This document shows, in pieces, positions 47,601 through 56,301 of a DNA stretch of 64,000 nucleotides. The stretch lies in contig JAYVEV010000132.1 of assembly GCA_043773745.1 (NCBI GenBank), positions 1,073 through 65,072 on the forward strand. Reading direction: 5' to 3'. Each line of letters begins with the position of its first letter. The stretch's first letter is position 1. The notes beneath the pieces were generated by a model that was not told where the DNA came from, ran no database searches, and saw only the letters and a list, made by a program, of their open reading frames with translations. Origin of the DNA: Burkholderiales bacterium. GTDB taxonomy: Bacteria; Pseudomonadota; Gammaproteobacteria; Burkholderiales; Usitatibacteraceae. A program made the position numbers and the translations under genes.

Positions 47601-49955
47601 CTATCCGCCTCGCCGACGCAGCGCCACTGCGCCTGAAATACTGCTATTCAGGTTGTACATGAGGCCGGCACCACGTCCGGTCGCGCCCGTAAAGAAACCA
47701 TCGATGCTGCCGGTGAAACGTGTTTGCGTGCAACTCGGGGCGCAGGTGATATTGAGCGCCACGGGGGTTGGCAGGCCGGGCACGATGGCACCACCGGTGT
47801 TGACCGCGAAGGTCATATCACGGTAGATCGGCACACCGTTGGCCGAGGCATTCCAGGTTTGCCCGGCGATGGTGAAATTGACGCTGGTATCAACCGTGCG
47901 CGTGCTGAAATTGGCATTCAGCGTGGCGCTGTTCAGATTACCGACATTGCCTTGAAAATCGGTGGGATGGGTCGAGCCGACTACGTCATACGACGCACTA
48001 CCAGTTAGCGGCAGTGTCGTGGGCACCGATTGAGCGGCACTGAAGATGTAATGCTGGCTGCGTCCTGCTAGCCCAGTCTCTACACCGCCAATCGTTGCGC
48101 TGGCACCGGACCAGCGACCCCACGAAAGCCCGGTCGTGGCATCCACACCGGTATCAAATGCTTGGGATGTACCTATCGCATAATTGGTGCGGCCATTGAT
48201 GGTTCCATCGCCGCGCGCATACGGCGCAACGAACGAGATGGCGCGACCATTAGCATCGATATTTACTTCCTCGGCTCGATTAATGGTGGCATAGGTTTGC
48301 GAATAGCTCGACTGGGAAAGTGAGCTGGTCGAGTCGGAAATCAAACCATAGCGAAATGGAGCAGCCGTATTTTGTGCGGGGCCGCGAAACGCCAGCACAC
48401 CGCTGACCGATTGCACATTGGTTGCGGCACTACTGTCGACAAAGCCATAACCCAGAATCACGCCATTCAGCCTGCTGCCGACAAAGCTGCCCTCAATTTG
48501 TCCGAAAATATTGAAATTATTGTTGGAGTTTTGATTGGTCGTATTGTTGGTAACGGTAAGGCCAAATCCGGTGAACGTAAAAAAGCTGTTGAGTGAAAAC
48601 GGCACGTTCGTCGCCTGCAGCGTGTAATTGTTGGCGCCCGCCGAGGTGGGCATTGACAATGCAATAGTGGCGTTGAGCAAGCGCTGCGTGAAATTCACAC
48701 TAAGCAATGTTGAGGTGATGGCACCAGCAGCGCCAGACTGGTTAGTCGGGGCGGTGCCGCCCACTTGGGTGTAGATCACCGTGCCGGTGAGGACATCTGA
48801 CAAATAGGGCGGATAGCCGGAACTGCCATAAATGAAATGGGTGCTGCCGCCAGCGAGCGAGCCGAAACCCAGAGCCTCGCTGCTGGACGGCGCATTCCAA
48901 CGGCCGAGCGTAATCGAAGAATTGTCACCCAGGTCGATGGTGCTGGCATTGGCAATCATACCGCCAACAATAACGGCGGACGTGTTTGCACCGCCCGGCG
49001 CAGCGGTAAAGCTACGTAAATTGCCATTTTCCAATGTGATGCCGCTTGGCAACGCCTGACCGCTATAGGTATTGCCAGCGCCTGCCAATACGATATCGCG
49101 CAAACCGGAAGGATCCGGCGCCGCCAGAGTCTGTGTATTGATGATGTTAGTACCTGCGGTGGTGCCACCGCTCGTGCTGCCGGTGCCGGTAGTCGGTGTA
49201 TTTGTATTGGTCGGCACAATTGACGGCGGCGGTGTGGTGGTGCCGGTAGATTGAACTGCAACCTGCGCCGGCGTTTCCTTGCCCACCATCGTATTGGAAG
49301 CGGACAAAATTTGTGGTGGCGTGGGGATTTTTTCGGGAGGCCGTCCCAGCTCAATTTTGACCGTGTCATTCGGGAAGCTGATGAACGGCGCAAAGTTACT
49401 CCCGAGGCTGGTAATAATATGACTGCCCTCAATGGTGTGATTGATGGTCACCACCTTGCCGTCTTCTTCCTCGTGCGAAAGAATGTTGCCGGAGCCGCGA
49501 ATACCGACGGTGGCAACTCGGGTTTTCATCAGGTACTTGTCGCGATTGGCGCCACTCAAAAGTCCGGTGAAGGTGCGCATGGTGCCACGCAATAATGACA
49601 GGATGGCACCGTCCTGATCGCTCGCTGTTTTTTGATAGCGTTCAATCTTAAGCTGCGAATTTGAGCGCAATGATAATTTGGCCAGATCGATCATTGATAG
49701 CTGTGCCATACCGTCCGCACCCGCGATAATGACATCGCCCGGGTTCACTTCCATGCCACGGATGGCGGGTTTACGGCTTTCGCCACTTTGAATTTGCACA
49801 TTGCCCGCCACGTAGGTGAACTGACCGCTCGCCGCAATCGCCTGAATGGACAGCGAGCTGACAAGCGCCCCGAGGGCAGCGACAAGATAATGACGGAACG
49901 AAGTGTCCGCCGTCGTTTGCAGAATTGCGGTTGTTGTGGACAAGTTCTTGATCAT
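47601..49955 (-). CDS. Secreted FecR-domain protein with two tandem TbpB-like (handle/8-strand barrel-like) C-terminal modules
   Basis: It has a signal peptide without a lipobox. The FecR pattern spans nt ~49356-49823 (GNVQIQSG...PGDVIIAGADGMAQLSMIDLAKLSLRSNSQLKI...ATVGIRGSG). A Pro/Thr linker follows, then two mutually alignable modules at nt ~48381-48938 and ~47616-48143. Confidence 0.65.
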   Translation of the reverse strand: MIKNLSTTTAILQTTADTSFRHYLVAALGALVSSLSIQAIAASGQFTYVAGNVQIQSGESRKPAIRGMEVNPGDVIIAGADGMAQLSMIDLAKLSLRSNSQLKIERYQKTASDQDGAILSLLRGTMRTFTGLLSGANRDKYLMKTRVATVGIRGSGNILSHEEEDGKVVTINHTIEGSHIITSLGSNFAPFISFPNDTVKIELGRPPEKIPTPPQILSASNTMVGKETPAQVAVQSTGTTTPPPSIVPTNTNTPTTGTGSTSGGTTAGTNIINTQTLAAPDPSGLRDIVLAGAGNTYSGQALPSGITLENGNLRSFTAAPGGANTSAVIVGGMIANASTIDLGDNSSITLGRWNAPSSSEALGFGSLAGGSTHFIYGSSGYPPYLSDVLTGTVIYTQVGGTAPTNQSGAAGAITSTLLSVNFTQRLLNATIALSMPTSAGANNYTLQATNVPFSLNSFFTFTGFGLTVTNNTTNQNSNNNFNIFGQIEGSFVGSRLNGVILGYGFVDSSAATNVQSVSGVLAFRGPAQNTAAPFRYGLISDSTSSLSQSSYSQTYATINRAEEVNIDANGRAISFVAPYARGDGTINGRTNYAIGTSQAFDTGVDATTGLSWGRWSGASATIGGVETGLAGRSQHYIFSAAQSVPTTLPLTGSASYDVVGSTHPTDFQGNVGNLNSATLNANFSTRTVDTSVNFTIAGQTWNASANGVPIYRDMTFAVNTGGAIVPGLPTPVALNITCAPSCTQTRFTGSIDGFFTGATGRGAGLMYNLNSSISGAVALRRRGG

Positions 49956-49972
49956 GGTCTTGGTCCCAGAAA

Positions 49973-51367
49973 TTACATAAAGTCGCAGCGGATGGTCGAC
50001 GACACTTCGTGACGCGTATAATCATAAATAGCAATATTGGAATCGTTGCGCGAAGCAGCCCACTGGCCACGCATGCTGCAGCGATCCTGGAAGCGCCAAT
50101 TAACGCCCAGAGTCAAATCAGTCAGGCGGTCGCGGCCCAGCGCAACCGTGGTCGAGCGCGCAAAGGCGCTATCATCCCGGCGTTGGGCATGACCCAGCGT
50201 GCTAAACAGCGACAAGCGATCAGAGAGATTGTATTGTCCATAGACGCGAACACCCGCGGTTTTCTTGGATTTATCGGTGAGTCCGTCGGCTAGCTTGTGC
50301 TTGGCGGTATCCCGGCTGTAAAAGCCGGAAAGTTGCAGTAGCGGGGTGCCCGTTCCGGCAAACGTGGTCAACCAGCCCGCAGATGCCATGACGGAATCAA
50401 AATCCTCGGTCGGGTTTTTTAGGAACTTGGTTTGCCCGGCGTTCAGGCCCATGCTGAGTTGGTTGGCCGCATTCATGTTAATCCGCCATTCAGCGCCGCC
50501 GTTAGCGTTGCTACGGTCATTGGTCGGTTTAGGGGCGCCGGGGGCGTCGCCCTCTTGGGCATATCGGTTGAAAGCGGCATGCAAACGCAGTTGTTGGCTG
50601 CCACTATCCCAAATCGCGCCGGCCCGCGCATCACCGGAATAGGAATTGAATTCCGCCTGCTTACGATACCCGCGGGCACGCAGCTCGCCACCAGCATAGC
50701 CGCTCCATTTTTCGGAAATGGGCGTAATAAAATCGGCGCCGACTGCCGCACCCAGATAGGGCGCTTTGCGTTTGATTGAATTGCCAGTAGGGTTAACGCC
50801 GACTAAATTGAATGACTGCTGTACCGCCGCGCTGAAATCGGTCGGCACCCCGGTGAGATTGCTATCGTAGCCAAGCGCCATCTCGCCCCATGCATTGAAA
50901 ATACGTCGGGAGGCTTTGCGTCGCTCGGCAATAACATTTAGATATTTATCAATCGCGCCAAGGGCGGCAGCAGGCGGGTTTGATGCTTTCAGCTTGCGAA
51001 ATGTACCTTCGGCCAGATCAAGTGAACCGGCGTTGAAATAGGCGCGAGCCAAATCCAGCTGTGCACCGGCATTGCGCGGCTCGACAGCCAATACGCGCTC
51101 AAAGGCAATAATGGCGTCATCGATTTTGCCGCTATCAAGCGCCGCCACGCCCAGCAGATAGTCATATTCGGGATTGCCCGCGAGTTTGTCCTGCTCGGCG
51201 ACCAGCAACATATAGGCCTGCTTGGCATTCTGTGCCGTAATCAAGCGGCGCGCTTCGTCATACAAAGCAGGATTAGCAGCGGCATTTAAATGCGTCAGCA
51301 ATGAGACTAACGCAACGGCAATGATGGTTGCAGCGCTGGATTGGAACGATATTTTTGTTGGTCTCAT
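49973..51367 (-). CDS. TPR + outer-membrane beta-barrel protein, Slam/DUF560-like (type 11 secretion system translocon candidate)
   Basis: It has a signal peptide and about 3 TPRs (YDYLLGVAALDSGKIDDAIIAFERVLAVEPRNAGAQLDLARAYFNAGSLDLAEGTFRKL). A barrel-like region of ~300 aa starts at ..LGYDSNLT and ends SNIAIYDYTRHEVSSTIRCDFM. At 464 aa it matches Slam proteins in size. The candidate cargo gene lies 17 nt downstream. Confidence 0.6.
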   Translation of the reverse strand: MRPTKISFQSSAATIIAVALVSLLTHLNAAANPALYDEARRLITAQNAKQAYMLLVAEQDKLAGNPEYDYLLGVAALDSGKIDDAIIAFERVLAVEPRNAGAQLDLARAYFNAGSLDLAEGTFRKLKASNPPAAALGAIDKYLNVIAERRKASRRIFNAWGEMALGYDSNLTGVPTDFSAAVQQSFNLVGVNPTGNSIKRKAPYLGAAVGADFITPISEKWSGYAGGELRARGYRKQAEFNSYSGDARAGAIWDSGSQQLRLHAAFNRYAQEGDAPGAPKPTNDRSNANGGAEWRINMNAANQLSMGLNAGQTKFLKNPTEDFDSVMASAGWLTTFAGTGTPLLQLSGFYSRDTAKHKLADGLTDKSKKTAGVRVYGQYNLSDRLSLFSTLGHAQRRDDSAFARSTTVALGRDRLTDLTLGVNWRFQDRCSMRGQWAASRNDSNIAIYDYTRHEVSSTIRCDFM

Positions 51368-51833
51368 GGAAGTTCCATTTTTTTGATCATCACGCAGACT
51401 CCACCCCCCCAGCTGCGCTACTCATTTACCTGCTTGGTCTGAACACATTACCCTTATTACAAACCAAACAGTGGATGCTATGCCCACTGATGCTGGAAGT
51501 AAACATCCGAATCAGTCAGAAACTGTCCGCGACACCCCTCATTCAGGGTATATTTTTTTGCTGCACGAGTACCCCAACCCGTACTGACGGCTTGCTGGCT
51601 TAAGGAATCACAAAGCATCACAACAAGCTCTCTTTAGCAATAACCGCCACAGAGACAATGGCATGCGCGAACGAGGGCGCGGGTATTGGACGACTAATAG
51701 GCTCATACCGTTGACTTCAATCCCCCGCTTGTGCAGACTCATTGACCTAGCAGTATGCGCCTTGCTTAACCAGCTGGCGCATTAGTGATTACCGCAAAAT
51801 ACCTTACGTGCGGTTGAACATTCGGAGTTATTC

Positions 51834-53444
51834 ATGAAATTCGTTTCATCTATTAAATGCGATGCCTTGATATGGCGTATCGGTGGCCTCACTTGTGCCT
51901 TCGCATTTTCAATTTGGATATCACCATCGACTGCCGATGCCAAAACGCTGCGCTGGGCCAGTAGGGGCGATGTATTCACGATGGACCCGCACTCGCAAAA
52001 CAATGGTCTCACCAACGATATGTCTGACCATATTTATGAGCCGTTAGTCACCCGTGGCAAAACCATGGCGGTGGAACCCGCGCTGGCCGTCTCATGGTCA
52101 CAAATCAATCCCAACACCATGCGCTTCAAGCTGCGCGATAAAGTCGTGTTTCATGATGGCGCCGCGTTCACGGCGGACGATGTGGTGTTCTCGATCAGCC
52201 GCGCGCTTGAGAAAACCTCGGATTTTTCGGCCTATATGCAGGGCATCAAGGAAGCTCGAAAAATAGACGCCCTGACGGTTGATATCATCACTGACGGACC
52301 AACACCAACACTGCTTGACCAATTGACCGAAGTCCGACTCATGAATAAAGCCTGGGCGTTCAAATTCAAAGCGCAGCGCCCGCAAGACTACAAAAACAAG
52401 GAAGAAACCTATACGGCGCGTCACGCCAATGGTACCGGACCGTTCGCCCTGAAAAGCCGGGAGCCCGATGTAAAAACTGTCCTAGTTGCCAACCCGAAAT
52501 GGTGGGGGAAGATTGATCCGTCTGTCACGGAAGTGGTGTACACCCCAATCAAATCGGATGCCACCCGTATCTCCGCCCTGATTTCGGGCGAGCTTGACTT
52601 CGTCTTAGACCCGCCGGTGCAAGACCTCGCGAAGCTAAAAGAAAACAAAGCCATCAAAATTTTAGAAGGCAACGAAAACCGTACCCTTTTCCTCAACATG
52701 GACCAAGGCCGCGATGAATTGCTGTACGGATCAAAAGGCAAAAATCCATTCAAAGATGTGCGCGTTCGCCAGGCAATGCTACTGGCAATAGACATTAACG
52801 CCATCCATAAAACTGTGATGCGGGGACTGTCGCTACCCACCATGTCGATGATTGCACCGCAGGTACGTGGCTACACCAAGGAGATTGAAAACCGGCCGGC
52901 AGTCGATATTGCAAAAGCAAAGAAACTAATGGCCAGTGCGGGTTTTGCCAATGGTTTTGATGTCACCTTTGATTGCCCCAACGATCGCTACATAAATGAT
53001 ATTCAGATTTGCACGGCCATCACCGGCATGCTCGCCAAAATTGATATCCGCGCAAAATTAAACGCCATGCCGGTCACGCTGTATTTGCCCAAATTGCAAA
53101 AAGGCGACACCAGCATGTATTTATTGGGTTGGGGAGTGCCTACCTTTGACGCACTGTATACCCTGCAATCCATTTTACGCACCCATACTGCCGGTAGCGA
53201 CGGCAACTGGAATTTTTCGGGCTACTCCAACCCCAGGGTGGATGCCATTATCGAAAAACTCAAAACTGAAATTGATTTCAAGAAGCGGGCAGAATTGACC
53301 AAAGAAGCACTATTACTAGACCAAGCTGATGTCGGCCACATACCGCTGCATCATCAGGTGATTCCGTGGGCGATGCGCAGCAATATCACCGTGATTCACC
53401 GCGCCGACAACCGTATGCATGCCAAATGGGCGATTATTAAATGA
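51834..53444 (+). CDS. ABC transporter substrate-binding protein, family 5 (paralog 1 of tandem pair)
   Basis: It has a signal peptide and the blocks KTLRWASRGDVFTMDPH and FHDGAAFTADDVVFSISRA. The size is 536 aa. Confidence 0.88.
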   Translation: MKFVSSIKCDALIWRIGGLTCAFAFSIWISPSTADAKTLRWASRGDVFTMDPHSQNNGLTNDMSDHIYEPLVTRGKTMAVEPALAVSWSQINPNTMRFKLRDKVVFHDGAAFTADDVVFSISRALEKTSDFSAYMQGIKEARKIDALTVDIITDGPTPTLLDQLTEVRLMNKAWAFKFKAQRPQDYKNKEETYTARHANGTGPFALKSREPDVKTVLVANPKWWGKIDPSVTEVVYTPIKSDATRISALISGELDFVLDPPVQDLAKLKENKAIKILEGNENRTLFLNMDQGRDELLYGSKGKNPFKDVRVRQAMLLAIDINAIHKTVMRGLSLPTMSMIAPQVRGYTKEIENRPAVDIAKAKKLMASAGFANGFDVTFDCPNDRYINDIQICTAITGMLAKIDIRAKLNAMPVTLYLPKLQKGDTSMYLLGWGVPTFDALYTLQSILRTHTAGSDGNWNFSGYSNPRVDAIIEKLKTEIDFKKRAELTKEALLLDQADVGHIPLHHQVIPWAMRSNITVIHRADNRMHAKWAIIK

Positions 53445-53546
53445 TGAAATCTTTAGGTGATGCCATGGGATGGGCCGAATGGACTGCACGGTCGGCAAGG
53501 AATAATCAAGCGCTGCTGAATTAAGACATTTCCATTACAATGCGCT

Positions 53547-53583
53547 GCCCGTCGGCTTGTTACCGGCGGGCTGTTTATTTGTG
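53547..53583 (+). terminator. Intrinsic terminator/attenuator between the two tandem binding-protein genes
   Basis: A 9-bp stem GCCCGTCGG/CCGGCGGGC (one G-U pair) closes a 7-nt loop and is followed by TGTTTATTTGTG. Confidence 0.6.
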
Positions 53584-53661
53584 ACATTTGTAACGGACGC
53601 CCCGCAGCAAGGGACTACTTTGTTGCTGCAATCAAGTTGAAATTTTTTGAATGGTGAAGTG

Positions 53662-55272
53662 ATGATGAATTTCAAAACAATGTTTTCCACCACCGTGCTG
53701 TTAATGGCGCTCACTATTTCCGCTGCCACCAATGCCGCTACCGCCGCGCCCCAAGCAAAAATATTGCGCTATGCAAGCCAGGACGATCCGCAAACGCTGG
53801 ATCCACATTCAGCCAACCTGACACCAACCAATCGTGTGATTTCGCAAATTTATGAGTCGCTCGTGGCGCGTGACAAAGACTTCAAAATTGTCCCCGGGTT
53901 GGCGCTTTGGTGGAGCGCCCCCGATAACAAAACCTGGCGTTTCAAGCTGCGCCCCAATGTGAAATTTCATGACGGCTCGCCATTCACCGCCGATGATGTG
54001 GTGTTCTCTGTCGAGCGTACTTTGCACCCACTGTCCCAACTAAAATCATCATTACAGGGCGTGGCCAGCGCCAAAAAAATTGACACTTTTACAGTAGATT
54101 TTGTGATGAAAGAGCCCAATCCGGTGCTGTTGAATCATCTGTATCAATTTCGCGTGATGTCCAAAAGCTGGGCCACCAAGAACAACGCGGTAGCACCTCA
54201 AAATTACAAATCTAACGAGGATACATTTTCCTCGCGAAACGCCAATGGCACCGGCCCATTCATATTGAAGCTTCGCCAGCCAGATGTGAAAACCGTGCTT
54301 ATCGCCAATCCCAACTGGTGGAACAACGCCAGCAAAGAAAAAGGCAATGTCACGCAGGTTGAAATGCTGCCGATCAAATCTAACGCGACGCGCGTGGCCG
54401 CGCTGCTGTCGGGCGAAATCGATTTCGTGCTTGATCCGCCCCAGCAGGACGTGGCTCGATTGAAGGCCGATCCCAATATCAGAATTGCGGAAGGAAACGA
54501 GGCGCGCATTCAGTATTTTGCGTTTGATCAATTCCGTGATGAGTTGCTGTACAGCAACGTAAAAGGTAAAAATCCGCTTAAAGATTTGCGCGTTCGCCAA
54601 GCGATTGGGTACGCCATTGATGTTAATGCCATCCGTCAAGTTGTGATGCGCGGCTTGTCGACCCCCACCGGCAGCATTGTGCCGCCTGGTACCCAAGGCT
54701 ATTCTAAAGAGGCCGATAAGCGCTTACTGTTTGACCGCGAAAAGGCCAAGACGCTACTGGCTGAAGCAGGTTATCCCATGGGCTTTTCAATCACGCTTGA
54801 TTGTGGTGCCAACCAGCCACCGGCCGATATTTGCCAAGCTGTTGCCGCCATGTTGACCCAGATTGGGATTCGCACCACACCGAATATCGTGCCGCTCGCC
54901 AATTATTTTTCGAAACTGCAGAAATTCGACACCAGTTTTTATCTATTGAGCTGGGGTGCAACCACTTTCGATTCGTTCTATACGCTGCAAGCACTTCTGA
55001 ACACCAATGCGGGCGAGCTATCAGCCAGCGGTGATTCGAATTATGGCCGCTATTCCAATCCCAAAATGGATGAATTGATCGGCAAAATTAAGTCCGAGTT
55101 TGATATGAAAAAGCGCGACGCCTGGATTCGCGAAGCGCTGCTTCTGAACCAAAATGATATCGCCACCCTGCCGCTGCATCAACCCGTGATACCGTGGGCC
55201 ATGCGCAAAAATATTGAGGCTTCCTTTGCGCCCAATAACATCGCGTATTTTTTCCGCTTCAAAATCAATTAA
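53662..55272 (+). CDS. ABC transporter substrate-binding protein, family 5 (paralog 2)
   Basis: I chose the ATG at 53662. It has a signal peptide (..ALTISAATNAATA) and the blocks KILRYASQDDPQTLDPH and FHDGSPFTADDVVFSVERT. Confidence 0.88.
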   Translation: MMNFKTMFSTTVLLMALTISAATNAATAAPQAKILRYASQDDPQTLDPHSANLTPTNRVISQIYESLVARDKDFKIVPGLALWWSAPDNKTWRFKLRPNVKFHDGSPFTADDVVFSVERTLHPLSQLKSSLQGVASAKKIDTFTVDFVMKEPNPVLLNHLYQFRVMSKSWATKNNAVAPQNYKSNEDTFSSRNANGTGPFILKLRQPDVKTVLIANPNWWNNASKEKGNVTQVEMLPIKSNATRVAALLSGEIDFVLDPPQQDVARLKADPNIRIAEGNEARIQYFAFDQFRDELLYSNVKGKNPLKDLRVRQAIGYAIDVNAIRQVVMRGLSTPTGSIVPPGTQGYSKEADKRLLFDREKAKTLLAEAGYPMGFSITLDCGANQPPADICQAVAAMLTQIGIRTTPNIVPLANYFSKLQKFDTSFYLLSWGATTFDSFYTLQALLNTNAGELSASGDSNYGRYSNPKMDELIGKIKSEFDMKKRDAWIREALLLNQNDIATLPLHQPVIPWAMRKNIEASFAPNNIAYFFRFKIN

Positions 55273-55313
55273 GCCTCACGTTTCACTACACCCAACCGGT
55301 CAAGTTATCGCCT

Positions 55314-56300
55314 ATGCTCGCCTTCGTTATTCGCCGTTTGCTGCAAAGTGTCCTTGTGATGTTGGCCGTTGGCTTTATCGCATTCTCATTGTTCAACTTC
55401 ACGGGCGACCCGGTCGCGCTGATGCTGCCGCCAGAAGCCACGCAGGCGGATCGTGAGGAGGTGCGTAAATCGCTGGGGCTGGACGAGCCTTCTTATGTGC
55501 AGTTTGCCGTGTTTGTGAAAAACGCCGTGCAAGGCAATTTCGGTATCTCACTCCGTCTGGGCCGTCCCGTTTCGCAATTGCTGGTCGAGCGCCTGCCGGC
55601 CACGCTGGAGCTGGCAATGACTGCCGCAGTGCTGGGGCTGTTGATCGGCATACCGATGGGCATTCTGACGGCGTTAAAGCGGGATATCTGGCTGTCGAAA
55701 CTGTTCCTGACCGGTTCGCTGATTGGTGTGTCGCTACCCAATTTTTTAATCGGTATTTTTTTAATTCTGATCTTTGCTGTGTGGTTGGGATGGTTACCCT
55801 CGTTTGGGCGCGGAGATGTGACCCAGATTGGTTACTGGTCAACCGGCTTCCTGACCCAATCAGGCTTGAGAGCGCTGGTGTTGCCCGCCATTACGCTAGG
55901 ATTTTATCCGGTCACGCTGATCATGCGCTTGGTGCGCGCTGAAATGCTGGAAGTGCTGCGCACCGATTACATCAAATTTGCGCGCGCCCGCGGCTTGACC
56001 AATAACGCCGTGCATTTTGGCCACGCACTTAAAAATACCCTGGTACCCGTGATCACCATCACCGGCTTGCAGCTGGGTGGTTTGATTGCCTTTGCCATTA
56101 TTACTGAGACGGTATTTCAGTGGCCGGGAATGGGACTGCTGTTTATACAAGCAGTACAGTTTGCCGATATTCCGGTGATGGCTGCTTACCTGTGCTTAAT
56201 CGGTTTTATTTTTGTGAGTATTAATTTGATGGTGGATATGTTGTATTACGTGGTGGATCCGCGCCTGCGTGTTGACCGTGCTGCATCAGGAGGCCATTGA
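55314..56300 (+). CDS. ABC transporter permease (DppB/OppB-like)
   Basis: The N-terminus MLAFVIRRLLQSVLVMLAV is typical of DppB. It has 6 TM segments and an EAA-loop region (RTDYIKFARARGL). Confidence 0.9.
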   Translation: MLAFVIRRLLQSVLVMLAVGFIAFSLFNFTGDPVALMLPPEATQADREEVRKSLGLDEPSYVQFAVFVKNAVQGNFGISLRLGRPVSQLLVERLPATLELAMTAAVLGLLIGIPMGILTALKRDIWLSKLFLTGSLIGVSLPNFLIGIFLILIFAVWLGWLPSFGRGDVTQIGYWSTGFLTQSGLRALVLPAITLGFYPVTLIMRLVRAEMLEVLRTDYIKFARARGLTNNAVHFGHALKNTLVPVITITGLQLGGLIAFAIITETVFQWPGMGLLFIQAVQFADIPVMAAYLCLIGFIFVSINLMVDMLYYVVDPRLRVDRAASGGH

Positions 56301-56301
56301 T

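Noticed and set aside
47601-49955. Interpreting the FecR-domain protein as a classical FecR anti-sigma factor of a FecI/FecR/FecA iron-signalling system
   Set aside because: No ECF sigma factor or TonB-dependent receptor gene is adjacent. The protein has a cleavable signal peptide instead of a cytoplasmic anti-sigma N-domain plus a single TM. It also carries ~550 extra C-terminal residues.
51328-51603. 91-aa plus-strand ORF in the 467-bp region upstream of the Slam-like gene
   Set aside because: It overlaps the Slam-like start codon, has no RBS and gives a composition unlike real proteins. I treat the region as non-coding promoter/5'-UTR sequence. I could not recognise any riboswitch or sRNA in it.
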